From Octopus sinensis (lineage: Eukaryota): 64,000 bases of DNA. Below, in pieces: positions 12,328 to 24,986 of this stretch (position 1 is its first letter; the number at the start of each line of letters is the position of its first letter). Both the position numbers and the translations under genes were made by a program. The stretch covers positions 57,722,001 through 57,786,000 of the forward strand of contig NC_043006.1 of assembly GCF_006345805.1 (NCBI RefSeq). The letters are read 5' to 3'. The notes below the pieces were generated by a model. The model saw only the letters and a program-made list of their open reading frames with translations, was not told the origin of the DNA and did no database searches.

Positions 12328-12696
12328 TTAAGAGATGAGGAATTACGTACATTATTTACATTTGACGGATATTTGTCCTCATCTTATTTGTTGTTAGCAC
12401 ATTTTGGTGATATACTATCCAGCCTTCATGAGGTCTCTTGGGGAAATTTCGAACCTGGGTTCTCATTCCTAAGGTATTTTTTGATGTTGTTGTTGTTATA
12501 ATTATAATTATTACTATTATTTTTCAGGTAACTGCCTGGAATCAAACTTGGAATCTTGGGGTTAGTAGCCCATGCTCTTAACCACTATGCCATATGCCCC
12601 CAAGACACCTGATGAAGGCTGGAGGGTATATTAGCTATAATGTTGAGTTAACAACAAACAAGATGAGGACAAATATCCATCAAATGTAAATAATGT
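12328..12696 (-). mobile_element. tRNA-headed SINE-like element with an inverted duplication of its 3' part and a decayed hammerhead-like motif
   Basis: Minus-strand head at 12599-12526 with A box TGGCATAGTGG, anticodon-like arm ggg-CTACTAA-ccc and B-box-like AGTTTGATTCC. Arms 12349-12443 and 12598-12696 are inverted copies. Confidence 0.75.
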
Positions 12697-12781
12697 AAAT
12701 AAAGTCTTTCTATTCAATCTCCTTTCCAATAACTTACACGTAGCTGCCTATCACTGTCTTTCTTCCATTGCTCTCTCTCTT

Positions 12782-14051
12782 CTATCACTGTTTCTCCAGC
12801 TTTACTCATACTCTTTCTACTTTCACCCAGGTTCTTTCTCTGTCAACATTTCCTTTTTCCTTCCATTCATCTTCACAGTCATGTTTGCCTTGGATGAACA
12901 GAGACAATGTAGAGTAGAGAATAGTTTTTAGTCCAGCAGGAGTCAACACAACTTCTGTCATGTTGTCATGATCAAATACTCTCAGTAAGTATCCAAAAGC
13001 AATTAGCAAACAAATGGTGATGGCTCAAGTTAGAGAGGACATGTTAGTTTTGCTGAGAACATGGCACAGCTACTGTGCTGGTGCCACTTCAAAATGCACC
13101 CAGTATACTCTGCAAAGTGGTTGGCATCAGGAAAAGTATCAAGCAGTTAAAATTATATCAAAAAATTTAACACTTAAGCAAGTCATTGCACCAACCAATC
13201 TACAAGGGCAGTAGCTCCAAATAAGACCTGATTCAGACTGTAACAATCTGTTCAACCTATACCGGCATGAAAAGATTACATAAAAATGAAGACAACGATG
13301 GTGATCATAATGATATTCATCATAGTAAAATTGAAGAAGTAATGCTATGGATGGCATCACTTCTTCAACAAAATTTGTCCTATGAAGAAAGGCTGAGGAC
13401 GCTCGACCTTTATTCTCTAGAAAAACGCCGCCGCCGTTGTGATCTCATTCTCGCCCACAACATCATAAGCGGAAAGTGTAACCTCTCGAAAGAGCTGTTC
13501 TTCACTCCTGCTCCAGAGCGTCGGCTGCGGGGTCACTCCGAAAAGCTCTACCTGCGACGATTTCATCTCAATCGAAGGAGAGGAGCTTTCTCCATCCAGG
13601 TTGCGGATCCGTGGAACAAGCTGCCAGACGAGATGGTGAAGATGCCGACAACCGCTTTGTTCAAAGCCTCCCTTGACCTCAAGTGGCCTGAACTCTTTAC
13701 ATGAACACCACCCTGTACTTAACTCCATGTCCCCCTACATGGCCTTGCTATTTGCTTTTGAGCCAAATTAACTAACTAACTAACTAAATTTAACAAGTCT
13801 TCTCTATCTTCATTTGTCACCATTTGTTTGCTCATCACTTTACAGTGTCTACTGGGAGTATCTGACCATGGCAACATGATAAAAATTACATTGACTCCTG
13901 TTGGACTAAATGGCTATTCTCTACTCTACATTGTCTCTGTTCATCCAAGGCAAACATGACTGTGAAGGTGAATGGAAGAGAAAATGTTGACAGAGAAAGA
14001 ATCTAGGTGAAAGTAGAAAGAGTATAAGTATAACTGGAGAAACAATGATAG
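12782..14051. repeat. Long inverted repeat pair (12782-12987 and 13850-14051)
   Basis: ctattctctactctacattgtctctgttcatccaaggcaaacatgactgtgaag is present on opposite strands in both arms. Confidence 0.9.
13377..13785 (+). mobile_element. 5'-truncated CR1-like LINE (ORF2 C-terminus, 3' UTR, (TAAC)n tail)
   Basis: SYEERL..LDLYSLEKRRRRCDLI...RGH..KL...FS..V...WNKLP. GC/CpG-rich relative to flanks; aaattt on both sides (13371-13376, 13786-13791) is a possible TSD. Confidence 0.85.
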
Positions 14052-14651
14052 GAGTGAGAGTGGTAGAAGGGGGAGGGGCCAATGAAATAAATAAATAAAT
14101 ACAGAAGAACAAAGAAATGCCAATGGTTGGATGAGGAAAGATGTTCTGGTCACTGGCACTTGGACAGGGTTTAGGCAAGGCACAGAATGCTTCAGGTTTG
14201 ATTCACCTAACACTCGAGCAGTGAAGGTTTGCAGAAACAATAGAAAATTATATTGCCATTAGAGAAAACTCCAGTGTCAATGGCAGGTCAATAATTAATT
14301 TCAGAAATAAATTACTATACAATTGATGTCATAGAATTTATTTGAAATTGATTAGGGTTAACATTGGTCTCACAGAAAGAGGAGTAGAAGGGACATTAAT
14401 CCAAAGATTATAATTAGATTTTAGCCAACTTCTTTTCCACTGATTTTACATTAAACTGTAAACAAGATAAAATATGGAGATGATTTCAAACAAATGAAAA
14501 TCTTTAATTTGTACAAATATTGATAAATTTGCAGGCATAAAACTACTGAAAGGATGTATGTATATCTGTTATAGCCTTTTTTGTTCTATCAATCCAGCAT
14601 ACACCAGTTAACCAATATCTCTGTCTGTCTTTCAGTGTTTGTCTGTCTGTT

Positions 14652-14687
<36 letters not shown>

Positions 14688-14714
14688 GTTAGACATAATA
14701 TTTCTTAAACTTAC

Positions 14715-14817
14715 CTGCATACGATGTTCTTTCTTGTCTATATCAAAGTTGACCAAAGCTGTTTCAAAATCATGTAAGATGTTAATATGTTTAGCCATGT
14801 CTGTACTTAAAATACAC
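14715..14817 (-). CDS. PDE9: PDE9-like exon (CILSTDMAKHINILHDFETALVNFDIDKKEHRMQ)
   Basis: ttttag acceptor, GTAAGT donor, 103 nt completing the phase-2 Arg codon. ILxTDMxxH motif. Confidence 0.95.
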
Positions 14818-14871
14818 CTAAAAAGAATGACCAAAAATATTTATAAAGCATGCTTAATTCCTGCATAAACA

Positions 14872-15016
14872 TAGTCATGGCCAAAAGTTTAGAACATCTT
14901 TTTAAAATTTAAAGTTGTTGTGCCCAAGTATAATTTGATTCAAACATAACTTTGGGCATTTGATATAAAAATTTTAATTTTCACACCTATGTTTCAAACT
15001 TTTGGCCACAACAGTA
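14872..15016. mobile_element. Tc1-like MITE forming a near-continuous hairpin
   Basis: TIRs tggccaaaagttt..aacat / atgtttcaaacttttggcca plus an internal inverted pair tgcccaag / tttgggca. Confidence 0.7.
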
Positions 15017-15339
15017 AACTTAATATTAAATCAAGTAAAAGCTTAACTACATACAAGTCTATCAATAATTTTTACAAGTGCAGAACTGATCATCCAGGTT
15101 CTCAACTTCCTGTTTAGCAGTGTGTTTCAATTGGTAAATGCTACAATTATTTAAAGGTGGTCTTCTATTTCATACATACTCATCCTCAGGCTACAGCTGA
15201 GTGTACAAACGTTTATTTGTAACACAAGGCACAAGTCACAAATTTGTGCAGTGTAGGATCATAAAATCTACTGGATCAATTTCAGTAATGATATTGGTAC
15301 TCAGTTTATCAAGTCTGGATAGCTGAAAGGCCAGCTCCA

Positions 15340-16394
15340 ATAAAGGGACATAACTAAATACTTGACTAGTATTTTAATTCATCAACCCTGGAGGGATGAA
15401 GGGCAAATTTCACATGGATGGGATCTGAACTCAAATTTTGGAGATAGAACAAATGTTGCAATGCAATAGTTCTGATGCTTCAACGATTCTGCCAGCTTAC
15501 TGCCTGATAATAACAATTGTAGAGGTTGGTCGATTACTTTAAACCCAGTGCTTGACCAATACTTATTTCATTGACCCTGAAGGGATGAAAGGCAAAGTCA
15601 ATCTCGGGGGATTTGAACTCAGGATGTAAAGACATGAAATGTCACTAAGCATTTTATCAAGTGTGCTAACAATTCTGCCAGCCCACTGCCTTATAATAAT
15701 AATAATAATAATAATCCTTTCTATTATAGGCACAAGGCCTGATTTTGTGGGGCTGGGTTAAGTCAATTACATCAACCACAGTGTTCGACCAGTAATTATT
15801 TTCTCAATCCTGACAGGATAAAAGGCAAAATCGACCTTGATGGCATTTGGACTCAGAACGTAAAGACAGATGAAATGCTTCTAAGCAATTTGTCCAGCAT
15901 ACTAACGATCCTGCCATTTCAGCCACCTTAATAATAATAATGATAATCCTTTCCACTAAAGGCACAAAGCCTGCACTTTTGGGGGAGGGAACTAGTTGAT
16001 TACATCAACCCCAGCGTTTCACTGGTACTTAATTTATCGACCCCAAAAGGATGAAAAGCAAAGTCAACCGTGGCAGAATTTGAACACAGAATGTAAAGAT
16101 GGATGAAATGCTGCTAAGTATTTTGTCTGACATGCTAACGATTGTGCCAAGCTTGCTGCCTTAATAATAATAATCCATTGTACTACAGGAACAAGGCCAG
16201 AAACGTTGGGGAGGGGACTAGTTGATTACATTGACCCCAGTGTTTCACTGGTACTTAATTTATCGACCATCAAAAGGATGAAAGGCAAAGTTGACCTTGG
16301 TGGAATTTGAACTGAGAATGTAGTGACAGGAGAAATACTACTAAGCATATTGACCAGTGTGCTAACAATTCTGCCAGCTTTCCACCTTCACAGC

Positions 16395-16439
<45 letters not shown>

Positions 16440-16640
16440 TCTTTCAGATTTTGGCACAAGGCCAGCAAGTTTACCTTGACCCCAGTACTCAACTGGGGCT
16501 TATTTCATTGATCCCATGGAAAAGATGAAAGGCAAAGCTGACCTCAGTGGAATTTGAACTCAGAAGCTAAAGAGAAGAAATGCCACTATGCATTTTGTCT
16601 GACATGCTACCGATTCTGCTAGCTTGCTGCTTTAATAACA
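15340..16640 (-). mobile_element. Head-to-tail array of about 6 SINE family B copies separated by (AAT)n
   Basis: Recurring unit aggatgaaaggcaaagtcgacc..ggaatttgaactcagaa..ctgccagct..ccttaataataat, about every 190-240 bp. Confidence 0.85.
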
Positions 16641-16929
16641 ACAACAACAACAGCAATAAGAGAATGTATAGAAGGTTGTATTAACTATATTATATTACTG
16701 GTATATAGAAGGTTGCATCAACTATATTATATTACTGGAGTAGAGAATGTTCAATAGATGGACAAAGTAGATAATAGACATATGACAGGTAATCATTTTA
16801 TCAAATTTTGGCAGGATTTTTGCTCAGTTTATGTAAAGAAATATAAGTGAACAGCACATTAATCTGACACCTAATTTCTGCCAATCTAATGGTGCCTCAA
16901 AACAACAATAACAATAACATTTAGGAACC

Positions 16930-18420
16930 AGTGAGTGAGAATCCATGTGGTTGATAGAAATAACAGTTATGTCTCCTTCATTTCACATCCTGCCATCTTA
17001 CATGAGGACCGGATACATTAGATAATGTAGTCCAACATGTTCTTATAATAAGATGGTTTTGGCTAGATTGCCTTTGATTATAGATCTGCCTGGGGCCAAA
17101 CAACAACAACAAAAATAATAATAATAATAATGGCAATTATGATAGAAGACTTGTGATGATGATGAGGATGAGGGCAATGTAGTAGTAATGCTCACATGTT
17201 CATCTGTAGCTGGTATCTAGCATCAAGTCAATCCTGACCAAACAGGCATATGATAAAAGACATTCCATGCATAACCATCCCATCGTTTTAGAAATAAGTC
17301 TGACTAGATTATGAGTATTACTAATATTGCAGGGTGTGATATGAGTGTGATTTGACTGCTATTTCTAGCATGTCAAGTGACCAGATTGTCTTGGGTCCTA
17401 TATGTAGTAGTAACACTACAGTGAAGTTTACTAATCCTAATTGTACACCGTCTTTGGAGAAGACTTGGCTCTGATTCCATATTTAATGGCAGCTAATCTT
17501 AGCATTAAAAACATAAGATGTTATTACAATGATGGAAACAATAATATTAGCTTTCAACCCACTTGTTAATCTGAATGTGTGATGAAGGATTAAAGAAATG
17601 ATATAATGGAATAATGGTATAGTGACATTGTAGAATAATTGGATAAAACAATCTCATCTCATGTCATCAAGGGATGCAGTTCTCATCAATGACTCATCAT
17701 TAATTTCCTCATTAATTACAATCTCGGAGATTAAAGTGATTAGGAAAATAGTAACTAATGACAGAGAAAGTTGTCATTATGGTAAAAGGAAGAAAATAAC
17801 AGCATGGTCTAAAACAACAACAGTAACAAGCTCCTTTTGACTTGTTAATAATAGCAGCCAAATTTAGTCACACAATAATGTCTTTAAAAAATAATATATG
17901 GGATAAGATACTCCTAAATATACTATGCCTGAAAACAACTACAAAAACAGCAGTAACAGCAACATGGTCAATAAGAACAACAACAGTAACAAGCTCTTTT
18001 TAACACGTTAGTAATAGCAGCTAAATGTCATTCAAATCACACAAGAAGGATATATTGGATAATGCACTCTTAGATATGCTATGCTTGAAAACAACGACAG
18101 AGCAATCATGAATAAAATACTTTTGACTACAGGTATGCAGAATCAAAGCCGACCTGGATTAGAATAACATGAGAAATCAAATTAAGATATTTTCTCACTC
18201 ATATAAATATTTACATGTACAATCAAACAACAGAACCACTACATTTGATCTGCAAAAATAAGACAAATCTCCTTCAAGTCACATTCTAGTTTCTTTTAAA
18301 AAAACCCAGAAAGGATGACTCATATAATCTTAGGCACATTATACCTCAAAAGAAGATGGGATGCTTACAGCTGGAACAGCTTTGATCACAGGTCTGCTCA
18401 ATTAGATTTAAACATTAGAA
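16930..18420. repeat. Cluster of about 5 old family D interspersed repeats (ctagaaatagcagccaaat...gatcatag...aaacaacaac)
   Basis: The same motif also occurs near 6790-6940, 9485, 11310-11490, 19330, 47975, 48780 and 59770, in both orientations. Confidence 0.6.
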
Positions 18421-19514
18421 TACTCCAAAACATTGAGACACATGAATATTATAGTAAAACACTAATACAGAACCAGTCTAAAATCATGATTACTTCAATT
18501 TGTTCCTGACAAAATACAGAATCTGCACTTACGCGCAAAAAAGATGATCTCTGTCAACAGGAAACCTTAGGTGCCATAAATGTAGCTACAATTCTTTTAA
18601 AAACAATTGTTTGTCCACATTACTGGTACTGACCACCCATTTTTCCAGTTCATTACTTATGTATATACATAAGCACACAAACATACACCTGGGCAGACAA
18701 ATAGGTAGGTAGGCATATTACTGGATTAATAGATATAAATATATGTGTATGTGTGAATGTGTCTATGTATGTAAGTATATTAAATATACTTAATCATATG
18801 ATTAGGCAATCAACACTACAAATAAAGAACTCAGTATAAGTGAAACGTGGAGTATATTTCCTTGAAAACAATATTTCATGAGCAGATAACATGTTTCACA
18901 ATTTATATATATACATATATATATATATATATGCATGACATTGCAGATGTTGACATGGCTGTGTAGTTAAAAAAGGCATCAGGGCTGACCAAGGGCTAAA
19001 GTACAGAACAACAACAACAACAGCAATAATGAAGACCCTTTCACTAACAACAATGCATTGGTACAAAGGGGGACATAACTGATTTAATTGGAGTTAATTC
19101 CAGTCAATGCCAAGTAATTTTACTGATCCAATACAGTTGAATCCAGTTGAATTTGAACTTATGAGTCTAGATGCATAAAACTAAATACTATAAGATTTTA
19201 TTGTTCCTGTACCCAACTGTTTTGGCCACTCCATTGCACTCCTAACAACAACAACAGCAACAATTACAACCACAACTGCAGCAACAGTAACGATAGTAAA
19301 CCAACTCAAGAAGCCCTATATAGTCACTCAATCTACTGGGAACAGCAGCCAAATTTTTCTTATTTTCATGTCATTTTCCACCATATTGAAGAATGTAGTC
19401 TAAGACAATTTACAAAAATAAGATGGAAATGTCATGATTGAGTTTGCACATTCAGAGCTGAACTAGAATTGAAACAACACTAAAGTGGAGAAACAAAACA
19501 AAGCAGTGTCTTAC

Positions 19515-19669
19515 CTAATAATACCTTGGCGGACAATAGTGTACTGTTGTGGAGATAGGTTCTTCAGTAAGTCAGTTTTCTCTAATATTCGGAACGCCAC
19601 ATCACAGTGATGGTTCTCCAAAGGTGACCTGTCATTATAAGTTCGTGCCAAAATGGTATGGGCATTCAC
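19515..19669 (-). CDS. PDE9: PDE9-like exon (VNAHTILARTYNDRSPLENHHCDVAFRILEKTDLLKNLSPQQYTIVRQGII-R)
   Basis: cttcag acceptor, GTAAGA donor, 155 nt ending in phase 2. YND.SPLENHH motif; visible inside ORF 19511..19942. Confidence 0.95.
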
Positions 19670-19786
19670 CTGAAGTGGAGAGAGGAACATAATTTTAAAT
19701 ATACATGTATGTGTATATGATATGTATGTATGTATGCACTTATGTATATGTGTGTGTGTATGTAAGGGGTTTGTGAATATGAGAAT

Positions 19787-19856
<70 letters not shown>

Positions 19857-20168
19857 GTGCATGCTTGGATAAATTTGCTCTTATGTAGTGGGAGAGTGCA
19901 TGCCACTTTAGCACAAAAACAAGTGTGTGTGTGTGTGTGCATGCTTCATTATTGTATGTATATATGTACAAAACAACTTATTTGCTCAAAACGAAAACTT
20001 GAAAGGCATTTCTCCCAGTTGATAAGTTCAGAGATTAAAGAATTTGATAAAAATGTTTCTGTAGCTTCTATTAACCATTCCTAATGTTTTCAATTAATAA
20101 ACAAGGTTTTCCACTAGTCAAACCATCACTTAATATGGCTCTAGACACACAGCAATAGACACAATCTC

Positions 20169-20578
20169 GGATCTTTTCGGTTTGAACGTCAGTTTTTTTA
20201 GCGGTGTCATATGAAATTGTCACCCATAATTATGACCTTAGTATCGATCTATTGCATTTCAATCTGTTTTAGGGTTAGGGTTAGGGGGAAGGGTATCTTT
20301 TTTTCTTCGGAAATGTAAATAAACCCAATCTGTTTCTTAAACGATGGACATATTCATACGGCACAGAATGTTTTCACCTCAATAGACGTCATTGATTGGT
20401 TGAAATTGCAGAAATTGAAGAAAAAAACCAACAAATATCTTACAAACTATAGAATTTTCTCAATAAAGCCAAGAGAAAAAGATGTTTTATAAATATATTC
20501 TACTAGTATACGAAGTTTAAAAGTGTTTAGTTATGTGGAAATTATTTGAAAAAACTGCCGTTCAAACCGAAAAGACCC
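20169..20578. mobile_element. Mutator-like MITE with 9-bp TSD and internal (TTAGGG)3
   Basis: TIRs ggatcttttcggtttgaacg.cagttttt / aaaaactgccgttcaaaccgaaaagaccc. Perfect TSD cacaatctc at 20160-20168 and 20579-20587. Confidence 0.85.
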
Positions 20579-21247
20579 CACAATCTCTTACTCTCCAATC
20601 CAACCTTCCCAACCACCAACCAACCTCAAATTTTCCATCACCTTCCTCCCAGTCCATTTTCCTTCAAGCTGTATAGCTTAAAGCACCATGCTGTGTCACA
20701 GCTGAAGAAATAACATCCAGCTGCTGTTTTAATGTATTCTTGAGTAGGGTAAACCATTTCATCTAAAATAACATCAACTGAAGTTCATCATCACCATCAT
20801 CATGGGTGGGATGGTTTGACAGGGGCTGGACTGCACCAGCCTTCATTGTCTGTTTTGTCTGGGTTTTTACAGCTAGATGCCCTTCCTAACATCAACGACC
20901 TTGCAGAGTGGACATCAAGATTTTCTGAAGCCTCTTATCATTCACTTTACAAGTAGAACTGCATGTTTTTCAACAACTAGCCAATAAGAGACTGTTAAAT
21001 CTTTCTTTAGCTAAATAACTGCTAAATCTTTCTTGAATTACATTCAGTGATCTTTAAAATGAAAAGACAGGCCAGAAAATATTAAACAAGAACAACAGTC
21101 ATTTTGATAAGTTTCTGGAGAAAATATCCAAATGCATACAAACCAACTAGACATTCATTTGCAAAAACTTTATAAAAAAACAGAGAGAGAGAGAGTTTAT
21201 ATCTCATATTTTACCATTTCAGAAAAGCTGGCTTAGAAATTACTTAC

Positions 21248-21370
21248 ATGATAAATATTGTTAAAACCAGAATGTTCTAAATCATGACATATTGCAGATA
21301 CAAGTAATGTGAGGATCTCTTCTTCAGCAAGTAAACTGCAGAGTTCTAAATGCCATATAAGGCAATACAT
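21248..21370 (-). CDS. PDE9: PDE9-like exon with HD metal-binding motif (MYCLIWHLELCSLLAEEEILTLLVSAICHDLEHSGFNNIYH)
   Basis: tttcag acceptor, GTAAGT donor, 123 nt. Contains the HDxxHxGxxN PDE signature. Confidence 0.95.
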
Positions 21371-21504
21371 CTGAAAAAGAACAAAACACAAGGAATTATC
21401 ACAGCAGTTTCAATAATCAGAATACATAGTGTTTTCTTTAATCAGAGCCATCATTTCCAAAAATTCAATAAAACCTGAGTTAAATGTATCATACTGTAAC
21501 TACC

Positions 21505-22076
<572 letters not shown>

Positions 22077-22867
22077 TACATATTAAAAAAAAAAGTGGGG
22101 GATGTCCTCCAGCCATTAGGGATTACAAGCGCTAGTTTCCACACACACACACACATACATACACATTTAACGGCCTTCTATACAGTTACTGTCTACCAAA
22201 TTTCACTTAGAAAGCACCAACCAATTTATGGTTATAGTACTATTGCATGTTCATTTGTTAGAGCAAAGGGGACCATCTAGTCATGGTAACTTTGATTAAA
22301 GTGAAGAAAAGTTGCACACCATCAACCTCACTCTCTCATCTGTGATCATCTTCAGTCCAGTGGCAAAACCAGGTCAAGACAACTGAGGATGGAAACAGAT
22401 GCAGTGGATGACCAAAATGTCTTAATTGCCTCGTCTTTCTCTCTGCACTCCACAATGTGTTGCTGCAGCTGTCCTCCTCTCTGCTGAACCATGTAGGTTT
22501 CTTCCACAGAGTCTACCAAATCCACATGCATAAGTAGGTAAGCCCTAACATGCTAATTAACCCATAACTGGAACCTGACAGGTGCTACTCCTCTGGATCA
22601 GAGAACACCTGAGAACAATTGTGGCTAAAAGGTGATTCTACACACTTCAGATAAGAGAACCCAAACTCCTGAACAAGGCCCACATATTGGGTACACTTTA
22701 AAATCATATCCTGGACATGGCTATAGTAGACAATACTTAAGTCAAATACTAGGATCAAACCCAGAAGCATATGTTTACAGAGCAATCTTCTTTACCACGT
22801 AGCCATACTTGCAGCTTAATCTTAACACAGGTATTCCTGTAGCTATTATCTATCTATCTATCTATCA

Positions 22868-22900
<33 letters not shown>

Positions 22901-22907
22901 CACATAT

Positions 22908-23862
22908 ATCATCATCATCATCGTTTAACGTCCGTTTTCCGCGCTAGCACGGGTTGGACGGTTTCGACCGGGGTCTGGGGAGCTCGGGACTGCCCCAGGC
23001 TCCAGTCTAGTCTGGCAGTGTTTCTACAGCTGGATGCCCTTCCTAACGCCAACCACTCCGCGAGTGTAGTGGGTGTTTTTTACGTGCCACCTGCACAGGT
23101 GCCAGAGGGGTCTGGCATTGGCCACGTTCGGATGGTGCTTTTTATGTGGGGGGGGGGGTGCAGAAATATAGGGGAGCACCAGTGGGGAGGGGTGGTTCAG
23201 AGAAATGATGACAGGTTCTAGGCAAGTAGAACGTAGGATATCGAGAGAGGGGTAATGCATGGTGAAATAGCGTATTGAAGAGGGGGGTTCGAAGAGTAGA
23301 CACCTATAATGGTGGTGGGAGAAGCGACATCCGGTATAGATGGAGCAAAATATAGAGATATCCGGTATTGGTGGTGGGGGTGGGCAGGGCGGGTGCACTG
23401 CGAAGATACGAAGTTTGATTTTAGACGAATGAAGATAGATAGATAGATAGATAGTGAAATTAGATAGATAGAAAAATTTGATAAATAGTTAGACAGATAG
23501 AGAAACATAAGAGGGAGTATCCGGTGTAGATGGTGAGAACAGTGTTCACCGGTATTGGTGGTGGGGGTGGGAGGGCGGGCGCACCGCGCATTGGGAGAAG
23601 ATGAGGTTTTAGGCGGCAGAAAGAAGACAGGATTGAGATGAAATGCTTTGCGGTGGTGTGAATAAGTTTTTGTGAGTGAAAGTTTTTATGCTTCAGCTAG
23701 CATTTGAGACGAAAGACAACGATAACGCTATTAGATGGGGATACAATAATAATAAGGCTTGCAAAAACAATGAAAAGAGGAAACAGGTCGGGAACTTAGC
23801 TTGATGTTTTTCATCCTGCGGTATTGGCTAAGCCTGTGGAAGCGAGTGAAGGTGAGATATAT

Positions 23863-23870
<8 letters not shown>
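22908..23870 (-). mobile_element. Non-coding RTE-derived element: putative 5' leader joined to 3' UTR and (GAT)n tail
   Basis: 22908-23147 matches the 3' end of the LINE at 45.6-45.88 kb. 23331-23600 matches, twice, the 42190-42270 segment upstream of that LINE's ORF. Confidence 0.65.
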
Positions 23871-23900
<30 letters not shown>

Positions 23901-23987
23901 TGAAAACCGACACCACATAGCGAGAGAGAGTGAGAGACATATACATATATATATATATATTATATATATATATATATATATACACAC

Positions 23988-24049
<62 letters not shown>

Positions 24050-24836
24050 CATGCATGTAGACAAATTTACAGTATGCAATTTCATTAGATGAAATTAAAT
24101 TTTAGATCTCTTGTCTCCTCAGATAATCACAAAATCTTGGTATATTTCTAACGTCATTGAATAATGATTTATTGCCATGCCATGGTGTGGGAAATGGTGA
24201 AGTTGGTATAAAAGCTGCAACTAAGAATCAAGATGCCAATATCGAAGTAGGACACACGTAGGACAATCCAGAACACAAATGGCAACTCTCATGCAATCAC
24301 TGATTGCTTAAGGTAAAAGCATCGAGTAAAGAAATGCGAATATAATTATATCTTCTGAAACTGGTACAACAGGATGTAATGTATCTTAACTAAGTCCAGT
24401 CAGCAGCAGCAGTGGAGATGAGCACTGATTGATGGTGATGGTGGTGATAGTGATGGTAATGATGATGGTAATGGTGATGGTGGTGGTTGTGATGATGATG
24501 GTGACCATGATGATGAGGGGGTGTTACGGATGGTAATAAAAGATGACACAGAGAAAATAGACAGCAAAAGTAGATCCTGAAGATTTTCATTCAAGCATCC
24601 AGTAAATAATTCTATAACTCGTTTTCGAATGTCGAATAAGTAGCTGTCAACTCTTATTTTGTTCATTCATATTCATTTTGCCTGGAGAAAGAAAAGACTA
24701 TGTCTGTAAGTGAATGTGTATGTGTGTGTGTGTGTGTGTGTGTGAGTGTGTGCATGTATGTAAATGTGTGGGAGGGGATATTTAGGTAGATAGGTAGGTA
24801 GGTACATACATAAATAACACACACAAATATATATAC

Positions 24837-24914
<78 letters not shown>

Positions 24915-24986
24915 TCATCTATACATGCATAGACATAGGTTTCTTGTTGCTTTCCAACAGGTAGAAAATCTCACAAATGCACAAAT

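Noticed and set aside
12526-12599. Functional tRNA gene (also considered for 29331-29400 and the family A heads)
   Set aside because: A and B boxes are present, but the acceptor and T stems do not close properly and each continues into a repeat body.
15340-16640. CRISPR-like or satellite array
   Set aside because: The units are ~200-bp SINE copies also found dispersed, the spacers are (AAT)n, the context is eukaryotic, and there are no cas genes.
20269-20288. Telomere or chromosome-fusion scar
   Set aside because: Only three units, located inside a TIR element with a TSD.
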